Counted from the stretch's first letter, positions 47,601-60,214 are shown. The stretch: 64,000 nucleotides of DNA from Heptranchias perlo (GCF_035084215.1 NC_090360.1:5580001-5644000); one strand, 5' to 3'. Numbers and translations are program-made. Notes: generated from the letters alone by a model not told the origin.

Positions 47601-50600
47601 TTCAACCTTATGCAGTGTCACATTTGAGTCATTTCAAGAAGTAGTTAGGATTCCTCATTTAACCTGGATAGAGTCAGGTTAAAAATTGGCAGTGAATACC
47701 AAATCCTACCTTGTCTACACTTTCAGGATCCTTGAAGAGGATAAACCCAAATCCTCGCGAACGCCCAGTCACAGGATCCATTTTGATTACGCAGTCTACA
47801 ATGTCTCCATATTTAGAAAAGTAGTCCCTTAAATCTTTCTTGCTTGTTTCCCAGCTGAGTCCACCAACAAACATCTTCCTGCACAGTGATAATATAAAAA
47901 AGGAAGTGCAAATCAGTTTTAAAAACAGCGGCAGTACAAATATAGTAACTTAGGTCTGGTGGTGGAACAGCACTGCCGATGCTGGTCCCTTCCTCCACTG
48001 CCACTTCAGTGCAATCTCAACCCTTGGCTAGATGAGGTGAACACCCACTTTGTACTCCCTCTGTTCTGGGTCTCGTTAATATTACATTACCTACAATTCA
48101 AGTACGGGCTTTCTCTTTCAAACTCCACATGGCTATTCATTCTGCAGGGAATAAAACCAGGGACACTGATCCTTCAAGACCTTTGCATCAGGTGCTTTCC
48201 CCATAGTCTAAGGTCTTAGGAATTGCATCTTCAGACACCCAGATACTGACCAGGTCATGCATACAAGTGAAAACTGCTCCAAGCAGGTCTGAAAAGATAG
48301 AGAATTGAGGAGCTGGTATGGTGGAAACTTTGTACGTGAAGTTGAACCACATTCACAGAATGCGGACAATACTTACAGTTGGTAACTTAACACTGTTCCT
48401 TATTCATTCAATCTCACAAAAATAGAACATACCAAAGTGGTGCATAGATCTGGAGATGAAATTCTGAGAACCTAGGTGCACATGAAATACTGCAAAGTCA
48501 TTATACTATGCTGCCAATTCAAGATAATGCACGTGAAGGCATGCACATTCTGGGTACGTGCTGTGGATAGAATTTGCAAAATCCTCCCAGCATTATCCAT
48601 GTGGTTGCTACCGCCCAAATAGTCTTTCACGTGGTCTGGTCCTTCTGGACCAGCCAAATTGTAAACGGATATACGTTCTCAATACCCAGTTCATTAATCT
48701 ATACTCAGTGATGGGTTTACCTCAGGTTCCAATCCTGCTACTAACAAATGCCTTGTATTGGCTAGTATACATAGTTTATCTACATGACTAAAGCTCAGTG
48801 CCAACAAGGCACAGAACATTTTCACAGTGGCTGAAAAAACCTCAGTGCAAATTATTGAAACAAATTAAAATCAATTTTTAAATCAGAAAGATATCTTTTA
48901 ACTGCGGGTTTGGCGTGTCAAACAAGAGCTGCTGGGCCTACTACCAAAAGCATGAAGTTTGCTAATTCTATCTTTACAAAATAGTGCCAATAATGTAATA
49001 ATCTTAAACTCAATCTTGAAGTTCAAATGGGTCCAACATTAAACTGGTTCAGAACGAGACTCAAAATCTTGAAAAACTTGCTGTCTATCAGCTAACTTAA
49101 TTGCAAAACCCAAGTTGGCAAGCCTGCACTCAGTGAGCTGCACCAGGGAAACTAATGCTCAAGAAGGGCATTAGTGGACCTGAAAGAAAACCAGGCCATT
49201 AACCAGTGGGTTGGCTGTTATATAAAGGACTGCAGGGGTTCATGAAGTTTTCCAAGGCAACATTTACTTAGCCTGGACAGGTCCCTGAAAAAGCAAGCTC
49301 TAGTATCATATAAATTTTCAGAATCCAGTTACCAGAACTGAGCATACACGTTTCCAACCGTATAGTGCCGGTTGCAAACTTCCACGTATTGGTGCGTTGA
49401 AAGATCCACCTACCCAGTCTAGCATTGCAAACACTGCATTACTGGCTTGCACTAGACATGCTGACAATTCAGCCCACCCACATCCAGAACAAAAACGACA
49501 ACCAAACAAGTGGCTCTGGCAGCACTTTGCCCTTGAGGCCACAATGTCTTGTCGTGAGGTGATATTTTCCTTCACAGAGAAATGTACATTGCTGTTTAGT
49601 TTATGGGAGCTTGAGGTACAGCCCAGTACTGTTACATAAATACTGTAACAGTGTCAGTACATCAAACGAGAACAATCATTTGGCTCAGGGATTAGAAAAG
49701 AGCAGAGTAGGGATCTTCCCTACTGCCCTTCCAAACTCCAGCCTACATTAAATTCCAACTTTTCCAGAGAGCCCTATCCCACACAAAAACCTGCTCACCC
49801 ATCACCCCTGTCCTTGTCAACCTCCACTGGCTCTATGCCCTGCAGCATATCAACTTCAAAACCCACCCTCAACTTCCTCCGTGGTCTTACCACTTCCTAT
49901 CTTTGTAACCTTCTCCAGCCCTGAGGCGCTGTCCACACCATCCACTCTTCCAACACTGGACGACTGTGTGTCCTCTCCTCCCTCCCCCAGTCTATCACCG
50001 GTGGCAGAGTTTCAGCAATCTTTCCCCCACCCTGAGAACGTCCTCCCTAAACCCCTTCAACCTTGTTATACCTCTCCCCACCTTCAGCTGTGAATTGCCA
50101 TGGCACTTTTGTTACGTTGTAAGTTGTTGCTTTCAGTCCCAAGTACCATAAATATAGGGTGGTCAAATTATCAACTTACATTTAAGGTGGTTACTAGACA
50201 AGAACAAATTTATACCTTGTTTATGGTAATGAGAACTATTTTTTAAAAAAGTGATTTGGATCCTTCATACAATTATAAACAATTAGATCATTCACAAATA
50301 CACCACTGCTACAGCATTTATACTGCAGACTCCAATTGAGTTTGCAGTCGTGCTACTGCCAGCTGTGCGCTCCTCCCCACAAGCAGTTTTAACATTACTT
50401 GGCTTCAATTTGGTTCGTCTCACACAATTTCTGTTTCATTATGCTAACCATCCGGTGATATCTCAGGGTGAGATTGCCAATTAGGGGTAGTTGTGTGCTG
50501 TGTGCCCATGCCTACCAAGAACTGAAATGAAACTGACCAAACATATTTCGTATAGGGTCTTTACAGCCAGCAGACAGAAAAGACTTCTATCCATCAGTTT

Positions 50601-53600
50601 GAGCTGGATTTGAACCCAGCGAGCGGAGACGAAAAGCCAATGTCTAACTCGCTGTGCCAGGGGAGAGGGCCAAAGATAAGTAACATTGCTGGGGTGGGAA
50701 GAGGAGCCAATGTTGCAAATGCTCTAGCTACGATTGGAACCAAGCAAGAGCAGTCCCATTGAGCTGGACAACAGAGGAGAGGCGACAATGTGGTTGACTA
50801 GGGTAATGACTGCACAGATATCGGAGAGGGATAGTGCAGCACAGTTACAGTCAGAGAGGATCTCAACTGACTTCCCATCTTCAGGATGCGCAGCAACAGG
50901 CTAGTGTGGACCAGATCCCTCCATTTCTACCTGCAATCATTTCATTTTTTTGGCAGAAAGTCAACTCACAGCTTGGTAAGTAGACTTCAATGTGCTGAAA
51001 GAAGCCTGTCTTTTGCATGCCCAGGAGTTAAGATGAGGGTAGCCAAATCTAATGCAGGACCCTAGAGTTTACAAGATCTGCTCGGAGTCAGCCCGGATTG
51101 TGCACTGGGTGGAAGGCATTAAACTTCGTGCCTGCAGTGTATCCACGCCTTTGACTAATGGGCAAAATCTGAAGATTAGTGGCAAGTATTAAAACTAGGC
51201 AGACAAAGTTATCTTCAGACAAATCTGGCTGTACAGAGCCAGCGCTTATGGAGAGCAAGGGTCTAACCAAAGCGTGCATATATCATTTTAGCTTTTACAA
51301 TAGCTGCAAACTGCTTGTGACCACAGTTCTGTAAATATTATTTGTACTCAGATTGCCTCTGATAAGGCTGCACTTAATGTCCATTCCCAGCTGCCCCGTG
51401 TACAACTGGGTGGCTTGTTAGGCTATTTCAGAACACACGTAACGTGGACTAGTCACACGTCAGTGAGACCATATGGGATGGCAGGTTTCCTCCCCTGGGG
51501 CTTTCCCAACAAATTGAGTTATTTTCCAGCCCACAAATTACTAGATTGACTGAATTCAACATTACAATTTGCCAGGGTGGGATTTGAGCTCGATCTTGAG
51601 GTTGCTAGTCTAGTATCATAACCATGACACCGCTATACACCCAATCAAATTAATACCAGTATCACAGAATACTCCTTCCACTCCCAAACTCCCAGAGTAA
51701 AAGATGACGACTATGGGAATTTTTCCAAAAGGCAAGAAACCTTCCGCATGAACTAAAGTCAATCTATTTTTGTGGTATCATCTGTATCCTCTCAATGTTC
51801 TACTCTCTTTGACAAGCAGGAACCTGAGACAAAGAGCAGAGATTACCAGTGAATTTGTTCAAACACAATTCCTCATCCATAAAGAGAGATCAAATCTTGA
51901 GCACAATTTTGAAGCAGATAGCTGTCTGTAAGGGCAATCCTTACTCTGAAGAAAAAGGCCAATGCAGATAATGTGAATAGAAAAAAAGGTGAAAGCAAGA
52001 CTTAACCTATGCTCATTAGTACAGAGGAACACAAGACCACAGATCAACAAGTTCAACTGCAGTCTCCAACACACCTACCTTTGCCCATGGGTACTGGCAT
52101 AGGTCTAGTGCAAAATAAAATCAGGTAGACAGCATTGAGAGATCAGGAGCAATTAAGCAGATGGATTAATAATTGGCAGGTGAATTTTATTACATTGTGT
52201 GTTAAATAATGCATATTCGAACAGGAAGCATTAAACACATACCCAATAATGGGATACCCATTAGCAAAGGTGGAAGAAGAAAAGCAATTTATCGCGATTC
52301 TTTCAAGTTGTCTGGAAATTCAGTGGTAGATCAAATGACCGGGTATATTTTAGTACATTGGAATACAATGCGAAACAAGTATTGCTGACCTTGTACAGAT
52401 CACCAGAAAAACTGCAGTTTTTCTAGAACACCACCTTTAAAAGAGCCTTCACTGATCCACTGGATAGCTCAGAAAACACCAGGGATTATACCAGAACTTG
52501 GAGCTCTTAAGTCAGGGGTGTCCAACTTTTGACAGTAGGCTGCATAGATGCATACCCTTGGGGCCACCAATAAAATTTCAATCCACGTTTCCATTATTCT
52601 GCACATATCTCAAGTTCCTGTCACTAACAGATCAGGCGTTCTGATTTAGGATTTCTTCACCAATGAGGCAACAGCCAACAGCCCTTTTTTAAAGCACAAA
52701 CAGAACTGAGGCATCTGGGGTCCACAGGCCAGACTGCCAGAGGTTGCATGTGGCCCCAGTTTGAGCACCCTAATTGATGTCATATGGAGAGACTTGCATA
52801 TCTGAACCGATTTCACTGAAGACAAGACTAAGTGGAGACATAAACCAGGTCTTTAAAATGCTGAGAGGATGGGCATTATAGATGGAAACTCTGATTAGCA
52901 CTGAAGGTAGAACCAGGCGACAAAAGTTCAAAATTAAACAAGGGCCAATAAGATGTAAATCTGTCCCTAAATTATGTGGATCGGACTCCCAACTAAAGCA
53001 GCTGATGCAGTGTCATTTATTCTTTCAAAAAAGAGCTGGATGATTGGAATGGGATTGGAGTTTATGTAGACAGGCAGACATAGTCTGAAACAATCAATCA
53101 AATATTCCACAGAATAGAATGTTTTCCTGTGGGCTAGGGGTCAGGAGGAAGTGTTTTCTGTGCAAGGCAGCAGGCCAGGGTTGAATAATGAATTCGTGGA
53201 ATGAATATTCTTCAGGGAATCAAGGAGCATTTGTACAAAAATCTTCCCTTAGATTAAGTAAGCAGAATAGAGTCCATTTTAGGATTGAGTTCGTACACGG
53301 CTGCTGGAAACTGGTTTAATGAGCCAAATGGCTATGTTCTTATAGATTCTTGTGATGTGGCATAACAGGACAACTCCTTACGAGTCAGAAAAGGTTAGAA
53401 GAGGTAGCGAATAAAACTAAAGTTAAAATAAAACTGCAGAAGGAAAAAATAACAGGGCGAGCACAGGCAGAACTAAAATGTATTCATATTTATGCAAAAT
53501 TGTTCTTTAGGTGTTTTAGTTTAGGGTCGCTGCAATGATAAATCTAATTCTGATGTCTGGGTAGCATAATTGCTGTAATGAGTACTTTCAAAGTGCATGA

Positions 53601-56056
53601 GCTGAACAAACAAAAATCAACCCAGGACATAACCTTCCTGGAACCCACCAGTTTATACAAGGGTTAATTAGTTTCAATAACTCAGAAGTTCTAAACATGG
53701 AAATTATTTTCCCATTCTAGCATCCAATTAATCACGCTAGCCCATAGTGATATCAAAATTTGCCTTGATGCAATGTCAGTTCTTTGTCTAAACATCCACT
53801 AGCATAGTATTTTTTTTAAAAACAAAAAAGGGACACACACACACCCACCCACCGCCCCCCCCAATCATAAACCAGTCAGGAGTAAGGATGGAATCTAATC
53901 AATGAGGTCAAGACAATAAACCACACAAGCCATATGTGCAGTTTAGGACATTATCCAAACTCAATTAAAGGCTTTTTCCACACATGCCCAAAGAGTCCAC
54001 AACAATTTTTGCAACATGGCTTCAGAAAGGTACACTATGTCCTACACAACACACCTACACCCAATATCTGAAAAGGATTAGTCAGCATTTTTCTACACCA
54101 GTTCTACAATGCAAGTTAGTATAACAGAACTTCAGCTAACTCAAATGTCTAGAACTGTGAACCTCAGCATTTGCTGCACAGAAGTTAACAGTTTTAAGTT
54201 AGTCAAAACTATGCTGTCCATGGTAAATAAACAAACTCAAACAAATACAATGCACTGCAGTAAGCCTGCAAAAATTTGAAAAATATGGCTCTCGATAAAA
54301 TGGTAATCTTTGCAACAAACTGAAGCCACTCAAAGTTGCAGAGATTACATCTGTTCTTAACATAACCATCACCCAACATGGTTCCACACAGATAAAACCC
54401 ACAAAATCTGATAATTTTCTTAAGAGGCTATGTTTTTTTTTTAAAAGTGCAAACCATTTCAATGTCTCATTATTTAAAGTGAAGGAAACTGCTTTTTCAG
54501 AAGCTTTAGAGCCCAGCTCAGGGCCCAGCTGCAAATTAATCACATCGCTTGCCTCTCAGACCAACGCAGTCTGTACTTCTGCAAGGTAACAGAGCATCAG
54601 GTCAGTCCTACATTTACAGTCTAACCTGCAAAGGAGAATTCACCCAAGATGACACCAACTTCATATAACAGGAGATTTAGTAGAATGGTACCAGGGATGA
54701 GGGACTTCAGTTACATGGAGAGACTAGTGAAGCTGGATTGTTCTCCTCAGCAGAAAAGGTTAAGGGGAGATTTAATAGGTGTCCAAAATTATGAGGGGTT
54801 TTGAAAAAAAAGTGTTTCCATTGGCAGGAGGGTCAGTAACCAAAGGACACAGATTTAAGATAATTGGCAAAAGAACCAGAGGGGAGAGATTTTTTTATTA
54901 ACGCAGCAAGTGGTCATGATCTGGAATACACTGCCTGAAAGGGTGGAGGCAGATTCAATGGTAATTTTCAGGAGAATTGGATATATATTCGAAAAGGAAA
55001 AATTTGCAGGGTTCTGGGGAAAGAGATGGGGGAGTGGGACTAATTGTATAGCTCTTTCAAAAAGTCAGCAAAGGCACCACGGTCTCAATGACCTCCTCTG
55101 TGCTGCAAGATTCTATAACAAACCCACATTGATTATGAACAGAAAAATATACAATCTGTCTGCCAGCTTTTGAAAAGAATTGCGATAAAATAGTTTCAGC
55201 TCTGACGATGCTGGCAGGCCGTTTGGGTTTCTCTATTTTTAACTGCTGATTTCCCGTGTGTATACTAATATCCCACACATTGCTCACAATGAATCAGAGG
55301 ATACACGACATTGTGACACCTTAAGAGTGTAAAAGGAAACAACAAACACTTACAGGAAGGGCAGAACATCTGGAAGACTATTAATGCCCATCTTCGGTCG
55401 CCTATAACATGTGCGCTGCTGCAATAGGAAGTAAAACCCAGCTGAGCGCGCATGTTATATTCAGGGCGAGCTTTTATACCTCGGTCCAGGCTCGATTTGG
55501 AGGGGGACAATTGAAGCGTTTGAACCTGGACGGTAATGCGGATTCCCGGGCAAAGCTAATCCGAGGAGCCACTGCAGGAGCAGGGCCCGCTGCTGGGGAC
55601 CTGAGCTCTACAAAGGGGTCACGCTGGGGTCAACTCGACTCCAGGCCCAGCCCCTGCTGCAGGCCTCAGCGCTCGATTTCTTTCATGAGGCCTCGGGTCC
55701 CAATCTGAGGCGCCGGGGTGGGGTCCCAACCCTCGGCTCGGCTCGCTCGCTCTCCTTCCTGAACCGGACCCCGGCTCCCGCACTCACCCCTCGTCCTCCT
55801 CGTTCTTGCTGGCGTTAATCTTCGAGCCTTCCACGTCCTTCTGCTGCTGCTGCTGCTGCTGCTCCAGGCTCCCGTCTCCCACCCGCCCCGAGGCCTCGCC
55901 GCTCGCGCCCGTCGCCGGCTCGGCTTTCGACTCCTGCGAGTCCCCGAAGGGGGCCTCGTTGTCTCCCTGCGCCCCGAAGCTGTAATAAGCGGCGTCGAAG
56001 CCGTCGGTGGCCGCCCCCGCGCTGCCGTTTTCCGTGAATTGAGCCGCGTCCGCCAT
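35554..56056 (-). CDS. Heterogeneous nuclear ribonucleoprotein D/DL/AB-family protein (2 RRMs + RGG + Gly/Tyr-rich tail), 7 coding exons
   Basis: Exons 56056-55788, 47878-47710, 41266-41108, 40434-40303, 40094-40001, 38431-38264, 35630-35554 splice in frame; motifs [41 protein letters not shown]-terminal YRPY*. Confidence 0.96.
35740..36150 (+). mobile_element. Deu-domain SINE copy
   Basis: Colinear similarity to 37374-37825. Confidence 0.78.
37374..37825 (+). mobile_element. tRNA-derived Deu-domain SINE (SacSINE1/AmnSINE-like), near full length
   Basis: A box tggctcagtggg, B box ggttcaagtcc, central domain and L2-like tail; related copies at about 925, 10097, 14455, 16392, 35740, 38720, 43480, 46960 (+) and 26370, 60215, 62150, 62720 (-). 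Confidence 0.85.
38264..38431 (-). CDS. hnRNP D/AB-like exon 6 (Gly/Tyr/Asn-rich low-complexity domain)
   Basis: 168 nt, phase 1-1, [22 protein letters not shown]...[10 protein letters not shown]; gtaagt donor. Confidence 0.92.
40001..40094 (-). CDS. hnRNP D/AB-like exon 5 (Q-rich/RGG)
   Basis: 94 nt, [31 protein letters not shown]. Confidence 0.93.
40303..40434 (-). CDS. hnRNP D/AB-like exon 4 (RRM2)
   Basis: 132 nt, [44 protein letters not shown]. Confidence 0.95.
41108..41266 (-). CDS. hnRNP D/AB-like exon 3 (RRM1 end/RRM2 start)
   Basis: 159 nt, [18 protein letters not shown]...[25 protein letters not shown]. Confidence 0.96.
42570..43330 (+). mobile_element. Decayed CR1-group LINE RT fragment
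   Basis: WTSHI...AGQRL...[12 protein letters not shown]. Confidence 0.75.
45292..46000 (+). mobile_element. Two adjacent CR1 3' fragments
   Basis: [13 protein letters not shown]; second copy similar to 1990-2340. Confidence 0.85.
46960..47390 (+). mobile_element. Deu-domain SINE copy
   Basis: Colinear similarity to 37374-37825. Confidence 0.8.
47710..47878 (-). CDS. hnRNP D/AB-like exon 2 (RRM1)
   Basis: 169 nt, [24 protein letters not shown]...[18 protein letters not shown]. Confidence 0.96.
54660..55120 (+). mobile_element. CR1 LINE 3' fragment
   Basis: Typical CR1 3' sequence; related copy at about 57220-57520. Confidence 0.8.
55788..56056 (-). CDS. hnRNP D/AB-like exon 1 ([11 protein letters not shown]...[15 protein letters not shown])
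   Basis: aagATGG start in CpG island; donor GG/gtgagt; Q7 tract. Confidence 0.9.
55841..55861 (-). repeat. Coding (CAG)7 repeat
   Basis: ctg x7 on + strand, encodes Q7 in hnRNP exon 1. Confidence 0.95.
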
Positions 56057-56089
56057 CTTGAGAAGCTGAAGAACAAACACGAGCGGCTC

Positions 56090-56435
56090 GAGGGTTCGGC
56101 AGAGGGGGGCGGGGTTAAGGAGCCGCCTGACTGACAGGCGCGTCTGACCAATGGTAAATCGGGTCTCCTCCTGTCGCTATGCGCTGGGGCCAATCGAAAC
56201 CAAGGAGGGGGCGGGATCGGCGGAGGGGGGCCAAAGGAAAGGCGGGTGGACCAATCGCCGCGCTCGGAGCGCCTCCAGTTTGAAACGGGAACGGGATTCT
56301 GATTGACATCGCCGCTCGCCAATCAGAAGAGGCAGCGAACGAGAACAATGGTAGGCTTGAGCCAATTGTATTACGTAACTGAAACAGATGGTCCAATCAG
56401 CGTGTAGCAGGGGCGGGACCGTGACGTCAGGCATT
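56090..56435 (-). promoter_or_regulatory. hnRNP gene CpG promoter: six CCAAT boxes, GC boxes, CRE, D-box-like palindrome
   Basis: CCAAT at 56148, 56190, 56251, 56319, 56362, 56393; GGGGCGGG boxes; TTACGTAA 56371-56378; TGACGTCA 56422-56429. Confidence 0.8.
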
Positions 56436-56674
56436 TACCCTGCTACAAGCGAGACGTTCCATTGATGTTGCCACGTCCCCCATCTGCTTCTCCAAGCTTT
56501 CCAAGGGTCCCTCATTAGGGTTTAAAAACGTGATCCATTTTGCCTTGTATCTTGTGTGTTTAGAAAAAAGTTGTTATTGCCTCGTTAGTGGATAAATCCA
56601 AAATCAGAACAGCAAGATCTTTCTTAGATTTGCCTCCCAATACTTTGGCTACTCACACACTCTTTCTTTAAGGT

Positions 56675-56799
56675 TTGTAAACAATTTTACAACACCAAGT
56701 TATAGTCCAACAATTTTATTTGAAATATTGTTGGACTATAACAAAAAATTGTTGGACTATAACTTGGTGTTGTAAAATTGTTTACAATTGTAAACATCA
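56675..56799. mobile_element. Penelope-like palindrome (same family as 4303), ribozyme centre deleted
   Basis: Inverted arms tgtaaacaattttacaacaccaagttatagtccaaca; tttctttaaggt direct repeat at 56663-56674 and 56800-56811. Confidence 0.75.
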
Positions 56800-56841
56800 T
56801 TTCTTTAAGGTGTATAATGCTTCTTTTCCATTGTCTGTTAT

Positions 56842-56976
56842 GTTCTGATGAAAGGTCTTCGACCTGAAACGTTAACTCTTGTTTCTTTCTCCACAGATGC
56901 TGCCTGACTTGCTGAGCTTCTCCAGCCCTTTCTGTTTTTATTTCAGATTTCCAGCATCCGCAGTATTTTGCTTTTG
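56842..56976 (+). mobile_element. Second Penelope-like family terminal repeat with hammerhead motif (56842-56876)
   Basis: GTT-CTGATGA-A-AGGTC-TTC-GACCT-GAAA-CGTT-AAC; near-identical 9-bp flanks 56833-56841 and 56977-56985. Confidence 0.8.
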
Positions 56977-57739
56977 GTCTATTATAAAGATCGCCTGAGT
57001 CATCTAACAATCTCCTGTTTATCTTTTGTCGGATCATTCCCCACATACTCCCTCTCTGTCTCCACCCTCCCCTTTATTCCAATTCTATTAAAATGCTGGA
57101 TAATCTTTCATTTTTTAAGCGCCAATGAAGGACTGTACTGCTGATTGACGTGCTGTATGTTTCTAGCATTTTCTGTATTTGTTTCAGATTTCCAATATTT
57201 GCAGTTTTTAGCTTCTGTTTCCACTGGCAGGAGTGTCAGTAACAAGAGAACACAGATTTAAGATAATTGGCTAAAGAACCAGAGGGGAGATGAGGAGAAA
57301 TTATTTTTATGCAGCAAAGTTGTTATGATCTGGATTGCACTACCTGAAAGCAGATTCAGTAGTAACTTTCCAAAGGGAATTGCATATGCACTTGAAAAGG
57401 AAAACCTTGCAGGTCTATGGGGAAAAAGCAAGGGAGTGGAAGTAATTGGATAGCTCTTTCAAAGAGCCATTGCAGGCACGATGGGCCAAATGGCCTCGAT
57501 CTGTGCTGTAAGATTCTATTGAATAGCCTTTACTGTCTGGAATTACAGAAGAGATGATCTTTTCATATAGTTTTTTTTTAATATTCCATCGTTTGGGATG
57601 TTTAAACATACATTCTGGGAACACCAGCTATTTACATGTGCAGTACGGTTAATGGGGGTTCAATCACTTAGATTATTGTTGGTGACTTTGACGAGCACTG
57701 TGGGTGGGGGTGGAAGCCTGATTGGATGGTGCAAGTCAC

Positions 57740-59040
57740 AACAACAACAGCTTGCATTTATATTGCACCTTTAACCTAGTAAAAACATCCCAAGGCGTTT
57801 CACAGAAGTGTTATTGCACAAAATTTGACACCGTACCAAAGGAGGAGACATCAGGACAGGTGACCAAAAGCTTGGTCAGAGTAGAGTTTTAAGGAGCATC
57901 TTCAAGAAGGAGGAGAGAGAGGTAGAGAGGCGGAGACGTTTACGGAGGAAATTCCAGAGCTTAGGGCCTAGGCAGCTGAAGGCACGGCCGCCAATGGTGG
58001 GGCGAAGGAAATTGGGGATGCACAAGAGGCCAGAATTGGAGGAATGCAGAGTTCTCAGAGGGTTGTAGGGCTGGAGGAAGTTACGGAGATAGAAAGGGAT
58101 GAGGCCATGGAGGGATTTGAACACAAGGATGAGAATTTTAAATTTGAGGTGTTGCTGGACCGGGAGCCAGTGTAGGTCGGTGAAGATTGAACGGGACTGA
58201 GTGCGAGTTAGGATATGGGCAGCAGAGTTTTGGATGATCGCAAGTTTACAGAGGGTGGAAGATTGGAGACCGGTCAGGAGAGCATTGGAATAGTCGAGTC
58301 TGGAGGTAACAAAGGCACAGATGAGGGTTCCAGCAGTAGATGAGCTGAGGCAGGGGTGGAGACAGAGACGGGCGATGTTACAGAGGTGGAAGTAGGTAGT
58401 CTGGCCGATGGAGAGGATATGAGGTCGGAAGCTCAGCTCAGGGTCAAATAGGACGCTGAGGTCGCAAACAGTCTGGTTCAGCCTCAGACAGTGGCCAGGG
58501 AGGGAGATGGAGTCGGTGGCTAGGGAACAAAGCTTGTGGTGGGGGCCGAAGATAATGGCTTCGGTCTTCCCAATATTTAATTGGAGGAAATTTCTGTTCA
58601 TCCAGTACTGGATGTCGGACAAACAGCTTGATAAGCCAGAGGCAGTGGAGAGATCAAGAGAGGTGGGTAGGACTGGGTGTCGTCGGGGTACATGTAGAAT
58701 CTGACGTGTTTTCGGATGATGTCGCCAACGGCAGCATGTAGATGAGAAATAGGAAGGGGCCAAGATCCTTGGGGGACTCCAGAGGTAATGGTGCGGGAGC
58801 AGGAAGAGAAGCCATTGCAGGTGATTCTCTGGCTACGACCTGATAGATAAGAATTGAACCAGGCGAGCGCAGTCCCACCCAGCTGAACAACAGAGGAGAG
58901 GCGTTGGAGAAGGATGGTGTGGTCAACCATGTCAAAGGCTGCAGACAGGTCGAGAAGGATGAGGAGGGATGGTGCACCACAGTCACAGTCACATAGGATG
59001 TTTGTAACTTTGATAAGAGCCGTTTCAGTGTTGCGGCACA
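57740..59040 (-). mobile_element. L2 LINE 3' part (reverse transcriptase, frameshifted)
   Basis: LLDLSAAFD, SGVPQGS, LQLNIGKTE, SRLDYSNALL, LHWLPV; (ttg)n tail. Confidence 0.92.
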
Positions 59041-60214
59041 TTAAGAACGAAAGTTGGCATTGCCTAATTGCTACTTCTTGATTTGCTTCAACTTCTCTTT
59101 TCAAACTTGGCATTGTCCTGCACTATGGTCCTTTGCCCTTCAGCACAGTGTCACATATTTTTAAAAATCCTGCTCTCCTCTGTAAACCTGCTTCATCCCG
59201 TATGTAATACCTAATTCCAGCCACCCAGTGACACTGTAGAAACAGAGCAGACATTGTAACTGCAAATTGTCATCTAGCAAAACACAAGAATATAAAAAGG
59301 ACAATAAAAAGCCATTTAGCTCATCGAAGCTTATCCCTTCAATACCCTGACTCTCCCATCACACCATCTAGCTCCATTTTGAACATCGCTAATGTTTTTG
59401 CCTCTTCTACCACATCTACCAAACATTTCTCATTCTTTGAAATAAAGTAGTTATTTTTAACAACAGAATGACGATACAAACCAGATTCACCTGCTTTTGT
59501 TATGCAAAATCCATGTCATTGTTAGAGGGGGGTATCTGTGAAATGAGCTGTAAACTATTTAAAAGACAAACAGGAGATTGTGAGATGGCTGAGACGATCT
59601 TTATAATAGACAATGGAAAGAAGCATTAAAGAAGTTAAAGAAACAATTAGATTTGTTAAAGAAATTTGTTAAACACAGAATGTGAGAGTAACTAAGGCAC
59701 TGGGAGGCAACCCTTGGGAGACACTCAATAGATCTTGCTGTTCTGCCATATGTCACTGTTGTTCATTAATTCAAATGTCTATCTTCTGGTCCTTATCTTC
59801 TGGCTTACCTTAAAGTAACATTCTGGGTTTACCTTCTCACAATACCATTCAAAATTTTATATACATCTATTGTTTCTGGACTATAGAGCTTGAGGTTCTC
59901 CAATTGTTCCTCATACTTTTCTACAGGTGGGGTTAGTTTTGTCCTCCGGTGCCTATCTGTTATTTTTGTGCTTTTGTGATCAGAATTGAACTCAAAGTGT
60001 GGTCTGAACAATGTTTTGTAAAGCTGTAGCACTGGGGCGACCAAATTATAGCCCACAGATCATTTTCAGCCCTTTGAGCCCTGGCAACTTGATTCTTGTT
60101 ATGCATTGAGTTCTTTTTTGCCAGATCTTACAAATCAGAACACTGAGACCTGTTAGTGTCAGATACTTGAGGTATCTGCAGATTAATGGAAACATGGATG
60201 AGAACGAAATTAGT

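Noticed and set aside
47880-55787. Equivalent of the HNRNPD alternative exon 2 in intron 1
   Set aside because: No convincing candidate found; exons 1 and 2 join in frame without it
55666-56322. 218-aa minus-strand ORF over the hnRNP promoter/exon 1
   Set aside because: Alternative frame of a GC-rich island; starts within promoter motifs; no recognisable domain
57876-58763. 295-aa ORF as a host gene
   Set aside because: Frameshifted L2 reverse transcriptase
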